Shown here piece after piece: positions 13,223 to 24,670 of a stretch of DNA of 64,000 bases (its first letter is position 1; each line of letters begins with the position of its first letter). The position numbers and the translations under genes are program-made. The DNA comes from Scyliorhinus canicula (Eukaryota). The notes beneath the pieces were generated by a model. The model ran no database searches. It was given only the letters and a program-made list of their open reading frames with translations, and was not told the DNA's origin. Location: assembly GCF_902713615.1 (NCBI RefSeq), contig NC_052172.1:5995337-6059336 (forward strand), read 5' to 3'.

Positions 13223-14990
13223 TTTCATCCCCGCAACCCCAATCAACCTGATCACTTTGGACACCTAAGGGGCAATTTTGGCATGACCAATCCACCTAAC
13301 CTGCACACCTTTGGACTGAGAGGGGAAACCGGAGCACCCGGAGGAAACCCACGCAGACACGGGGAGAACGTGCAGACTCCGCACAGTCACTTGAGGCCGG
13401 AATTGAACCCGGGTCTCTGCCACTGTGAAGCAGTAGTGCCACCTTCTAGCCTGTTCCAGCATTCGGTTACATCATGACATGTACCTCAACTATATTTTAT
13501 CAACAAAAATATATTAATCTCAAGTTTTGACAGTTTCAATGTGCACCCAAACTCGACAGTGTTTTGGCACAGCAAGTTCCAGATTCTCACAACCCTGTGT
13601 GTGAGGAAATCATAGAATTTACAGTGCAGAAGGAGGCCATTCAACCCATTGGGTCTGCTCCGGCCATTGAAAAGAGCACCCCACTTAAGTCTATGCTTTC
13701 CCCTATCCCTGTAACCCAGTGACCCCACCTAACCCCACTAAGAGCAATTTAGCATTGCCAATCCACCTAACCTGCACATCTTTGGCCTGTGGGAGGAAAC
13801 CGGAGCACCCGGAGGAAACACACATAGACAAGGGAAGGACATGCAGATTCCGCACAGACAGTGACCCAAGCCGGGAATCGAACCTGGGACCCTGGAGCGG
13901 TGAAGCAACAGTGCTAACCACTGTGCTACCGTGCTGCCCCGATGCTTCCTGACGTCACTCCTGAACAGCCGACCTCGAATTGTAATGTTCTGCACCTTGT
14001 TTTAGATATCATCCCAACAGAGGAAATAATTATTCTTCATCGACCCCATTAAACCCTTTATATCTTACATCAATTAGATCATCCTTCAATCTTTTTTACT
14101 CCCTGGAATACAAGCTTAATCTATATGATGTGTCCTCCCCATTTCACTCTTTAGCCCAGGTATCATTCTGGTGAATGTGGTCTGCACTCCAATTTCTGTA
14201 TCCCTCCTGAGGTGTAGTGTTCAGGTTTGATTACAGTTACTCCGGATGAGCTTTTATTCAACTGTAACGCATTGGTAGCAAAAATGGAAGGTAGATTATT
14301 ATTTCAATGGGGGTAAATTGAGAGAGGTGGATACTCAGCCAGACCTTGGTGTCCTCGTGCATCAGTCACTGAAAGAAAGCAGGTACAGCAGGCAGTAAAG
14401 AAGGGAAATGGTATGTTGGCCTTCATGGCGAAGGGTTTGAGAATAGGAATAGGGATATTTTAACACAATTGTATCGGCATTGGTGAGGTTGCACCTGGAG
14501 TATTGTGGGCAGTTTTGGTGACCTTATCTGAGGAAGGATGTTGTTGCTATGGAGGGAGGACAGCGAAGGTTTACCAGGCTGATTCCTGGGAGGGCCGGAC
14601 TGTCATATGAGGAGATACTAAATCAGTCCGGATTATATTCATTGGAGTTTAGAACAGTGAGAGGAGACCTCATAGAAACTTACAAAATTCTGACAGCATT
14701 AGACAGGGTAGATTCAGAAAAAATGTTCCCGTTGTTGGACATGTCTAGATCTAGGGGTCATAGTTTGAGGATAAGGGGTAAACCTTTTAGGACTGAGGTG
14801 AGGAGAAATTTCTTCACCCAGAGAGTGGTGAATCTGTGGAATTCACGACAACAGAAAGTAGTTGAGGCAAAAACATTATGTAATTTCAAGAAGGAATTTG
14901 ATATCGCTCTTGGGGCTAAAGGGATCAAGGGATATGGAGGGAAGCCGGGATCAGTAGGGAAGGTGGGATCAGGATATTGAAGTTGATGAT
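11160..14990. mobile_element. Interleaved SINEs (approx. 11160-11465, 11745-11990, 13120-13440, 13610-13940, all minus) and CR1 ORF2 3' fragments (approx. 12000-12580 -, 14270-14990 +)
   Basis: ORFs 12073..12615 and 14549..14980 encode the CR1 ORF2 C-terminal motifs RPHLEY-VQFWSP and FFTQRVV--WN; SINE core motifs are present. Confidence 0.8.
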
Positions 14991-15773
14991 CAACCGTGAT
15001 TCAAAAGTACGGATTAAATGCCTCGGTAAATATTCCACCAGCATAAAGAACCAGGAGTCGGGTTAATGAGCCTTCGATATCGAAGACTAAAATGTGACAA
15101 TTTAAAGTTTTAAGTGCACACAAATGTATTATAATAAAAGACATGCAGTTTTCAAGACGCACTTAGATATAGCATTTGGGGTGAAGGGGATCAAAGGATA
15201 TGGGGAGGGAAGGTGGAATCAGATTATTAAATTGGATGATCAGCCATGATCATAATGAATGGTGGAGCAGGCTCGAATGGCCGAATGGCCTCCCTCCTAT
15301 TTTTCCATTTGGTGGTTGTCCAAATATTGTAACACCAGATAAATCCCGAAAATAAAACATAGTCTGTTATTATTTCTATCAGAGAGCTCCAGCTTTAGAC
15401 TTGTTACAGACATTAAAGATTTAAAAAACGAAGCTAAATATTCACCAAGTGTTAAATTAAGTTGATCCGTGTGTGTGTGAGACTGGAAAGGAGGAAGGGT
15501 CTGAATCTAATCTAAATGTCTAACAAGTTTAAAATGATTTGAGTTTGGGTTGAGATATTTATAATGAATTCTGGGGTTGTGTGATGAATGGTTCCATAGA
15601 TGATGTTTATTTGATTACTCCTAATTTATACCCCATATTTGGTGGTAGGACCACCTGTTTAATAAGAATGGCCATTCAGTTTAGAACATAGAACATAGAA
15701 CGATACAGCGCAGTACAGGCCCTTCGGCCCTCGATGTTGCACCGACATGGAAAAAATCTAAAGGCCATCTAAC

Positions 15774-18677
15774 CTACACTATGCCCTTATCATCCATATG
15801 CTTATCCAATAAATTTTTAAATGCCCTCAATGTTGGCGAGTTCACTACTGTTGCAGGTAGAGCATTCCACGGCCTCACCACTCTTTGCGTAAAAAACCCA
15901 CCTCTGACCTCTGTCCTATATCTATTACCCCTCAATTTAAGGCTATGTCCCCTCGTGCTAGCCACCTCCATCCGCGGGAGAAGGCTCTCGCTGTCCACCC
16001 TATCTAACCCTCTGATCATTTTGTATGCCTCTATTAAGTCACCTCTTAACCTTCTTCTCTCTAACGAAAACAACCTCAAGTCCATCAGCCTTTCCTCATA
16101 AGATTTTCCCTCCATACCAGGCAACATCCTGGTAAATCTCCTCTGCACCCGTTCCAAAGCTTCCACGTCCTTCCTATAATGAGGCGACCAGAACTGTACG
16201 CAATACTCCAAATGCGGCCGTACTAGAGTTTTGTACAACTGCAACATGACCTCATGGCTCCGGAACTCAATCCCTCTACCAATAAAGGCCAACACACCAT
16301 AGGCCTTCTTCACAACCCTATCAACCTGGGTGGCAACTTTCAGGGATCTATGTACATGGACACCGAGATCCCTCTGCTCATCCACACTACCAAGAATTTT
16401 ACCATTAGCCAAATATTCCGCATTTCTGTTATTCTTTCCAAAGTGAATCACCTCACACTTCTCCACATTAAACTCCATTTGCCACCTCTCAGCCCAGCTC
16501 TGCAGCTTATCTATGTCCCTCTGTAACCTGCAACATCCTTCCGCACTGTCTACAACTCCACCGACTTTAGTGTCGTCTGCAAATTTACTCACCCATCCTT
16601 CTGCGCCCTCCTCTAGGTCATTTATAAAAATGACAAACAGCAACGGCCCCAGAACAGATCCTTGTGGTACGCCACTCGTAACTGAACTCCATTCTGAACA
16701 TTTCCCATCAACTACCACTCTCTGTCTTCTTTCAACTAGCCAATTTCTGATCCACATCTCTAAATCACCCTCAATCCCCAGCCTCCGTATTTTCTGCAAT
16801 AGACGACCGTGGGGAACCTTATCAAACGCTTTACTGAAATCCATATACACCACATCAACTGCTCTACCCTCGTCAACCTGTTCAGTCACCTTCTCAAAGA
16901 ACTCGATAAGGTTTGTGAGGCATGACCTACCCTTCACAAAACCATGCTGACTGTCCCTAATCATATTATTCCTATCTAGATGATTATAAACTGTATCTTT
17001 TATAATCCTCTCCAAGACTTTACCCACCACAGACGTTAGGCTCACCGGCCTATAGTTACCGGGGTTATCTCTACTCCCCTTCTTGAACAAAGGGACCACA
17101 TTTGCTATCCTCCAGTCCTCTGGCACTATTCCTGTAGCCAATGATGACCTAAAAATCAAAGCCAAAGGCTCAGCAATCTCTTCCCTGGCTTCCCAGAGAA
17201 TCCTAGGATAAATCCCATCTGGCCCCGGGGACTTATCTATTTTCACCTTGTCCAGAATTGCCAACACTTCTTCCCTACGCACCTCAATGCCATCTATTCT
17301 AATAGCCTGGGTCTCAGCATTCTCCTCCACAATATTATCTTTTTCTTGAGTGAATACTGACGAAAAGTATTCATTTAGTATCTCGCTTATCTCCTCAGCC
17401 TCCACACACAACTTCCCACCACTGTCCTTGACTGGCCCTACTCTTACCCTAGTCATTCTTTTATTCCTGACATACCTATAGAAAGCTTTTGGGTTTTCCT
17501 TGATCCTACCTGCCAAAGACTTCTCATGTCCCCTCCTTGCTCGTCTCAGCTCTCTCTTTAGATCCTTCCTCGCTTCCTTGTAACTATCAAGCGCCCCAAC
17601 TGAAACTTCATGCCTCATCTTCACATAGGCCTCCTTCTTCCTCTTAACAAGTGATTCCACTTCTTTGGTAAACCACGGTTCCCTCGCTCGACCCCTTCCT
17701 CCCTGCCTGACTGGTACGTACTTATCAAGAACATGCAATAGCTGTTCCTTGAACAAGCTCCACATATCCAGTGTGCCCAACCCTTGCAGCCTACTTCTCC
17801 AACCAACACATCCTAAGTCATGTCTAATGGCATCATAATTGCCCTTCCCCCAGCTATAACTCTTGCCCTGCGGGGTATACTTATCCCTTTCCATCATTAA
17901 TGTAAAGGTCACCGAATTGTGGTCACTGTTTCCAAAGTGCTCACCTACCTCCAGATCTAACACCTGGCCTGGTTCATTACCCAAAACCAAATCCAATGTG
18001 GCCTCGCCTCTTGTTGGCCTGTCCACATATTGTGTCAGGAAACCCTCCTGCACACATTGTACAAAGAATGACCCATCTAATGTACTCGAACTATATCTTT
18101 TCCAGTCAATATTTGGAAAGTTAAAGTCTCCCATAACAACTACCCTGTTACTTTCGCTCTTTTCCAGAATCATCTTCGCCATCCTTTCCTCTACATCCCT
18201 AGAACTATTAGGTGGCCTATAGAAAACTCCCAACAGGGTGACCTCTCCTTTCCTGTTTCTAACCTCAGCCCATACTACCTCAGAAGAAGAGTCCCCATCT
18301 AGCATCCTTTCCACCACCGTAATACTGTCCTTGACTAGCAGCGCCACACCTCCCCCTCTTTTGCCCCCTTCTCTGAGCTTACTAAAACACCTAAACCCCG
18401 GAACCTGCAACAACCATTCCTGTCCCTGCTCTATCCATGTCTCTGAAATGGCCACAACATCGAAGTCCCAGGTACCAACCCATGCTGCCAGTTCCCCTAC
18501 CTTATTTCGTATACTCCTGGCATTGAAGTAGACACACTTCAAACCACCTACCTGAACACTGGCACCCTCCTGCGAAGTCAAATCTGTGCTCCTGACCTCT
18601 ATACTCTCAATCTCCCGTACCCCAAAACTACAATCCAGGTTCCCATGCCCCTGCTGAATTAGTTTAAACCCCCCCAA
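15774..18677 (-). CDS. CR1 ORF2p: APE endonuclease plus reverse transcriptase (967-codon open frame, no ATG until codon 125)
   Basis: YFNARS, ISETW, VMGDFNFP, SDHN (APE); NYRPVSLTS, QHGF, DFSKAFDKV, GVPQGSVLGP, FADDTK (RT). Confidence 0.95.
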   Translation of the reverse strand: MGGFKLIQQGHGNLDCSFGVREIESIEVRSTDLTSQEGASVQVGGLKCVYFNARSIRNKVGELAAWVGTWDFDVVAISETWIEQGQEWLLQVPGFRCFSKLREGGKRGGGVALLVKDSITVVERMLDGDSSSEVVWAEVRNRKGEVTLLGVFYRPPNSSRDVEERMAKMILEKSESNRVVVMGDFNFPNIDWKRYSSSTLDGSFFVQCVQEGFLTQYVDRPTRGEATLDLVLGNEPGQVLDLEVGEHFGNSDHNSVTFTLMMERDKYTPQGKSYSWGKGNYDAIRHDLGCVGWRSRLQGLGTLDMWSLFKEQLLHVLDKYVPVRQGGRGRAREPWFTKEVESLVKRKKEAYVKMRHEVSVGALDSYKEARKDLKRELRRARRGHEKSLAGRIKENPKAFYRYVRNKRMTRVRVGPVKDSGGKLCVEAEEISEILNEYFSSVFTQEKDNIVEENAETQAIRIDGIEVRREEVLAILDKVKIDKSPGPDGIYPRILWEAREEIAEPLALIFRSSLATGIVPEDWRIANVVPLFKKGSRDNPGNYRPVSLTSVVGKVLERIIKDTVYNHLDRNNMIRDSQHGFVKGRSCLTNLIEFFEKVTEQVDEGRAVDVVYMDFSKAFDKVPHGRLLQKIRRLGIEGDLEMWIRNWLVERRQRVVVDGKCSEWSSVTSGVPQGSVLGPLLFVIFINDLEEGAEGWVSKFADDTKVGGVVDSAEGCCRLQRDIDKLQSWAERWQMEFNVEKCEVIHFGKNNRNAEYLANGKILGSVDEQRDLGVHVHRSLKVATQVDRVVKKAYGVLAFIGRGIEFRSHEVMLQLYKTLVRPHLEYCVQFWSPHYRKDVEALERVQRRFTRMLPGMEGKSYEERLMDLRLFSLERRRLRGDLIEAYKMIRGLDRVDSESLLPRMEVASTRGHSLKLRGNRYRTEVRGGFFTQRVVRPWNALPATVVNSPTLRAFKNLLDKHMDDKGIV

Positions 18678-19585
18678 AGAGCACTAACAAATCTTCCCCC
18701 CAGGATATTGGTGCCCCTCAGGTTCAGATGTAGACCATCCTGTCTATAGAGGTCCCACCTTCCCCAGAACGAGCCCCAGTTATCCAGAAATCTGAATCCC
18801 TCCCGCCTGCACCATCCCTGTAGCCACGTGTTTAATTGCTCTCTCTCCCTATTCCTCATCTCACTATCACGTGGCACGGGCAACAACCCAGAGATAACAA
18901 CTCTGTTTGTTCTCGCTCTGAGCTTCCATCCTAGCTCCCTAAAGGCCTGCCTGACATCCTTGTCCCCTTTCCTACCTATGTCGTTAGTGCCAATGTGGAC
19001 TACGACTTGAGGCTGCTCCCCCTCCCCCTTAAGGACCCGGAAAACACGATCCGAGACATCACGTACCCTTGCACCTGGGAGGCAACATACCAAACGTGAG
19101 TCTCTCTCGCTCCCACAAAATCTCCTATCTGTGCCCCTGACTATTGAGTCCCCAATTACTAATGTTCTACTCCTTTCCCCCCTTCCCTTCTGAGCAACAG
19201 GGACAGACTCCGTGCCAGAGGCCCGTACCCCATGGCTTACCCCTGGTAAGTCCCCCCCCCCACAAGTATCCAAAACGGTATACTTGTTACTCAGGGGAAC
19301 GACCGCAGGGGGTCCCTGCACTGACTGCTTCTTCCCAGTCCCTCTTACAGTTACCCATCTATCTCCAGTCTTTGGTGTAACTACTTCCCTGAAGCTCCTA
19401 TCTATGACCCCCTCTGCCTCCCGAATGATCCGAAGTTCATCCAGCTCAAGCTCCAGGTCCCTAACACGGTTTTTGAGGAGCTGGAGTTGGGTGCACTTCC
19501 CACAGATGAAATCAGCAGGGACGCTGACGGCGTCCCTCACCTCAAACATTCTGCAGGAGGAGCATTGTACTGCCTTCCCTGACAT
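18659..19585 (-). CDS. CR1 ORF1p: N-terminal Cys cluster, coiled coil, SGNH-esterase domain (308 aa from ATG 19585)
   Basis: CSSC...CGKC, then esterase blocks LVIGDSIVRG, VVHIGTNDI and QDGLHLN. The ORF-track start at 19696 is GTG; the first ATG is at 19585. Confidence 0.88.
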   Translation of the reverse strand: MSGKAVQCSSCRMFEVRDAVSVPADFICGKCTQLQLLKNRVRDLELELDELRIIREAEGVIDRSFREVVTPKTGDRWVTVRGTGKKQSVQGPPAVVPLSNKYTVLDTCGGGDLPGVSHGVRASGTESVPVAQKGRGERSRTLVIGDSIVRGTDRRFCGSERDSRLVCCLPGARVRDVSDRVFRVLKGEGEQPQVVVHIGTNDIGRKGDKDVRQAFRELGWKLRARTNRVVISGLLPVPRDSEMRNREREQLNTWLQGWCRREGFRFLDNWGSFWGRWDLYRQDGLHLNLRGTNILGGRFVSALWGGLN

Positions 19586-20084
19586 CACCTCTAGATTAAA
19601 AAAAAAACAAGAAAAAGAAAAAGAAAGGAAGAGCTTACCTGATATTACTTCAAACCCTGCTCCCGCTGAAAGGAAAGCAAATTTAAAGGCACTCACTCAC
19701 CTTCACGACAGGCCCCTGCTCCCCAACCACTGTGGGGTGGGGGGGTTGGTTAGAGGAGGAGGTAGGGTGGGAAACACTCACGAAGTGAAATGTTGTGAAT
19801 TTATTCTTGAATAACTGAATCTTGGGTAACGGTCATGTTGCTCAAGGGTGGGCTCAGCAAGATAATAAGAATTGAGGCCTAGATTTATCTGATGGCAGTT
19901 TTAATTTTCAAAACTAGAATTTGTTTGCTTATATGTTATTTGAATAGCAGGAACAACAGAATACTGTTCTTTAGGGGTGTGTATTCCTTATCAACAGCTT
20001 CACATTGTTGTGAAGGGAGTTAACCAGCTTGTTTGGCAAGCCAGCTTTGACTTCTGCGAAACTATATACATATTTTTTAAAGTG

Positions 20085-21130
20085 CCCAATTCATTTTTTT
20101 CCAATTAAGGGGCAATTTAGAGTGGCCAATCCACCTACCCTGCACATCTTTGGGCTCTGGGGTGAGCCCCACGCAGAGATTGGGAGAATGTGCAAACTCC
20201 GCACGGACAGTGACCCAGAGCCGGGATCGATCCCGGGTCCTTGGGCACCGTGAGGCAGCAGCGCTAGCCACTGCGCAGCCGTGTCGCCCAGACTCCTATT
20301 AAAATATGATACACTGCGAATTTCCCCAAACTAAATTTTCATCTAATATTAATTCCAGATTATAGACCCTTATTCCTTCACAACTCAGTTGTGATCTCAT
20401 GAAACGGCAGGCAGGTTCGATGGGCCGAATGGCCTACTGCTCCCAAGGGGTGGCGCAGTGGCTAGCACTGCAGCCTCACAGCACCAGGGACCCCAGTTCG
20501 ATTCCGGCCTCGGGTGACTGTGTGAAGTTTGCACGTTCTCCCGTGTCTGCGTGTGTTTCCGGTTTCCAGTCCCAAGTTGTGCAAGTTAGGTTGATTGGCC
20601 ATGTTAAATTGCCCCTTCGGGTGGAATAGGATACGGAATTGGTGGTCTTTCAAAGGGTTGATGCAGACTCGATGGGCCAAATGGCCTCCTGTGTAGGGAT
20701 TCTATAAATCTTCTAATTAAAAGTGCCACCCAACGAAGTACTGACACGAAACTCGAATACTAGCTTCTCTGATTCTTCATTGAACTTATTGATAAATGTA
20801 GTGGAATGCTGAGGCCTCAACACAGATTCCTGGGAAACCACTAGTCACACCCTGACACCTGGAGTTCATCCCCAATTTTCTACACTCTGTTTCCTACCTC
20901 CTAACCAATTCCGTATCGAAGTCTATAATTCCAGGCTCTTTCACCTTTGCTAACAGTCTTTTGAGTGGAACCTTATTGAATGTCTTCTAGAAGTCAATAT
21001 AACTAGCATTCATAGACATTCCCTCACCCACCATGTTAGTGACCGCCTCAAAAATATAACACGGTGATTAAACACGGTTTAACCTTTTATAAATCCGTGC
21101 TGTCTCCCTCTGACCAGTTCATGTTTTTCC
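20085..21130. mobile_element. Two SINEs (approx. 20085-20290 -, 20445-20700 +) and a decayed CR1 RT fragment (approx. 20790-21130 -)
   Basis: SINE motifs; degenerate CR1 RT nucleotide similarity. Confidence 0.7.
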
Positions 21131-21166
21131 AAATGATAATGAGGTGGATGATTCAGACTTCAAAGA

Positions 21167-24100
21167 TCCCCCCCGAACCTCAGACCTCCCCAACTTCACA
21201 GACCCCCCCAAAACTCACAGGCACCCCCTGAACCCCGCACACACCCCCTGAACCCCGCCGACACACCCTGAACCCCACAGGCACCCTCTGAACCCCGCAG
21301 ACACGCCCTGAACCCCACCGACACCCCCTGAACCCCGCAGACACCCCCTGAACCCCGCAGACACCCCCTGAACCCCGCCGACACCCCCTGAACCCCACCT
21401 ACACCCTCTGAACCCCGCAGACACCCCCCTGAACCCCGCAGACACCCCCTGAACCTCGCCGACACCCCCTGAACCCCACAGGCACCCCCTGAACCCCGCA
21501 GACACCCCCCTGAACCCCGCAGACACCCCCTGAACCTCGCCGACACCCCTGAACCCCACAGGCACCCCCTGAACCCCACAGGCACCCCCTGAACCCCACA
21601 GACACCCCCTGAACCACGCAGGCACCTCCTGAACCTCGCAGGCACCCCCTGAACCCCGCCGACACCCCCTGAACCCCACCTACACCCCCTGAACCCCGCA
21701 GACACCCCCTGAACCCCGCAGACACCCCCTGAACCCCACAGACACCCCCTGAACCCCGCCGACACCCCCTGAACCCCACAGGCACCCCCTGAACCACGCA
21801 GGCACCCTCTGAACCCCACAGGCACCCCCTGAACCCCGCATACACCCCCTGAACCCCGCAGACACCCCCTGAACCCCACAGACACCCCCTGAACCACACC
21901 GACACCCCCTGAACCCCGCAGACACCCCCTGAACCCCGCAGACACCCCCTGAACCATGCAGGCACCCTCTGAACCCCGCCAGCACCCCCTGAACCCCGCC
22001 GGCACCCCCTGAACCCCGCCGGCACCCCCTGAACCCCACCGACACCCCCTGAACCCCGCCGGCACCCCCTGAACCCCGCCGGCACCCCCTGAACCCTGCC
22101 GGCACCCCCTGAACCCCGCCGGCACCCCTTGAACCCCGCAGACACCCCCGTGAACACCGCCGACACCCGCTGAACCCCGCAGGCACCCCCTGAACCCCGC
22201 AGGCTCCCCCTAAATCACGCCGACACCCCCTGAACCCCACAGGCACCCCCTGAACCCCGCAGACACCCCCTGAACCCCGCAGGCACCCCCTGAACCCCGC
22301 AGACACCCCCTGAACCCCGCAGGCACCTCCTGAACCCCGCAGACACCCCCTGAACCCCACAGGCACCCCCTGAACCCCACAGGCACCCCCAGAACCCCGC
22401 AGGCACCTCCTGAACCCCGCAGACACCCCCTGAACCCCGCAGACACCACCTGAACCCCGCAGGCACCCCCTGAACCCCGCAGACACCCCCTGAACCCCAC
22501 CGACCCCCTGAACCCCGCAGACACCCCCTGAACCCCACCGACCCCCTGAACCCCACAGGCACCCCCTGAAACCCGCAGACACCCCCTGAACCCCACCAAC
22601 AGCCCCTGGACCCCACAGGCACCCCCTCAACCCCGCCGGCACCCCCTGAACCCCACAGACACCCCCTGAACCCCAGAGGCACACCCTGAACCCCGCTGAC
22701 ACCCCCTGAAACCCGCTGACACCCCCTGAACCCCGCAGACACCCCCTGAACCCCACCTACACCCCCTGAACCCCGCAGACACACCCCTGAACCCCGCAGA
22801 CACCCCCTGAACCCCGCAGACACCCCCTGAACCCCACAGGCACCCCCTGAACCCCACAGACACCCCCTGAACCACGCAGGCACCCCCTTAAACCCACAGG
22901 CACCCCTGAACCCCGCAGACACCCCCTGAACCCCGCAGGCACCCTCTGAACCCCACAGGCACCCCCTGAACCCCGCATACACCCCCTGAACCCCGTAGAC
23001 ACCCCCTGAACCTCGCCAACAACCCCTGAACCCCACAGGCACCCCCTGAACCCCGCAGGCACCCCCTGAACCCCACAGGCACCCCCTGAAACCCACAGGC
23101 ACCTCCTGAACCCCACAGGCACCCCCTGAACCCCACAGGCACCCCCTGAACCCCACAGCCACCCCCTGAACCACACCGACACCCCCTGAACCCCGCAGAC
23201 ACCCCCTGAACCCTGCCGGCACCCCCTGAACCCCGCCGGCACCCCCTGAACCCCGCCGGCACCCCCTGAACCCCACCGACACCCCCTGAACCACACCGAC
23301 ACCCCCTGAACCCCGCAGACACCCACTGAACCCTGCCGGCACCCCCTGAACCCTGCAGACACCCCCGTGAACCCCGCCGACACCCGCTGAACCCCGCAGG
23401 CACCCCCTGAACCCCGCCGGCACCCCCTGAACCCCACAGGCACCTCCTGAACCCCACAGGCACCTCCTGAACCCCACAGGCACCCCCTGAACCCCACAGG
23501 CACCCCTGAACCCCACAGGCACCCCCTGAACCCCACAGACACCCCCGAACCACACCGACACCCCCTGAACCCCGCAGACACCCCCTGAACCCCGCAGACA
23601 CCCCCTGAACCCCGCAGGCACCCACTGAACCCCGCAGACACCCCCTGAACCCTGCCGGCACCCCCTGAACCCCGCCGGCACCCCCTGAACCCCGCCGGCA
23701 CCCCCTGAACCACACCGGCACCCCCTGAACCCCGCCGGCACCCCCTGAACCCTGCCGGCACCCCCTGAACCCCGCCGGCACCCCCTGAACCCCACCGACA
23801 CCCACTGAACCCCGCAGACACCCACTGAACCCTGCCGGCACCCCCTGAACCCCGCAGACACCCCCGTGAACCCCGCCGACACCCGCTGAACCCCGCAGGC
23901 ACCCCCTGAACCCCGCCGGCACTCCCTGAACCCCGCAGGCTCCCCCTAAATCACGCCGACGCCCCCTGAACCCCACAGGCACCCCCTGAACCCCGCAGGC
24001 ACCTCCTGAACCCCGCAGACACCCCCTGAACCCCGCAGGCACCCCCTGAACCCCGCAGACACCCCCTGAACCCCACCAACAGCCCCTGGACCCCACAGGC

Positions 24101-24670
24101 ACCCCCTCAACTCCACAGGCACCCCCTGAACCCCACAGACACCCCCTGAACCCCACAGGCACACCCTGAACCCCGCTGACACCCCCTGAAACCCGCTGAC
24201 ACCCCCTGAACCCCGCAGACACCCCCTGAACCCCGCAGGCACCCCCTGAACCCCGCAGTCACCCCCTGAACCCCACAGACACCCCCTGAACCCCACAGAC
24301 ACCCCCTGAACCCCGCAGGCACCCCCTGAACCCTACAGGCACCCCCTGAACCCCACAGGCACTCCCTGAACCCCACAGGCACTCCCTGAACCCCACAGGC
24401 ACCCCCTGAACCCCACCGGCACACCCTGAACCCCACAGGCACCCCCTGAACCCCGCAGGCACCCCCTGAACCCCACAGGCACCCCCTGAACCCCGCAGGC
24501 ACCCCCTGAACCCCACAGGCACCCCCTGAACCCCACCGGCACACCCTGAACCCCACAGGCACCCCCTGAACCCCACAGACACCCCCTGAACCCCACAGGC
24601 ACCCCCTGAACCCCGCAGGCACCCCCTGAACCCCACAGACACCCCCTGAACCCCGCAGGCACCTCCTGAA
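21167..24670. repeat. GC-rich minisatellite, 20-bp unit (consensus about CCCCCTGAACCCCRCAGRCA), about 175 copies
   Basis: Directly visible tandem array; strongly C-rich on plus, G-rich on minus. Confidence 0.97.

Larger units (their letters stand above)
15682..19797 (-). mobile_element. Apparently full-length, intact two-ORF CR1 LINE
   Basis: Uninterrupted ORF1 and ORF2, 3' UTR and (TTCTATG)n tail at about 15682-15700. The 5' boundary is approximate and no TSD was identified. Confidence 0.92.

Noticed and set aside
15781-18531. Antisense ORFs opposite CR1 ORF2 (for example 16513..16950), repeated at 37509..38678
   Set aside because: Shadow ORFs of an intact RT frame; their recurrence only reflects the two CR1 copies.
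21167-24670. CRISPR-like array
   Set aside because: Repeats are contiguous with no unique spacers; eukaryotic context; no cas genes.
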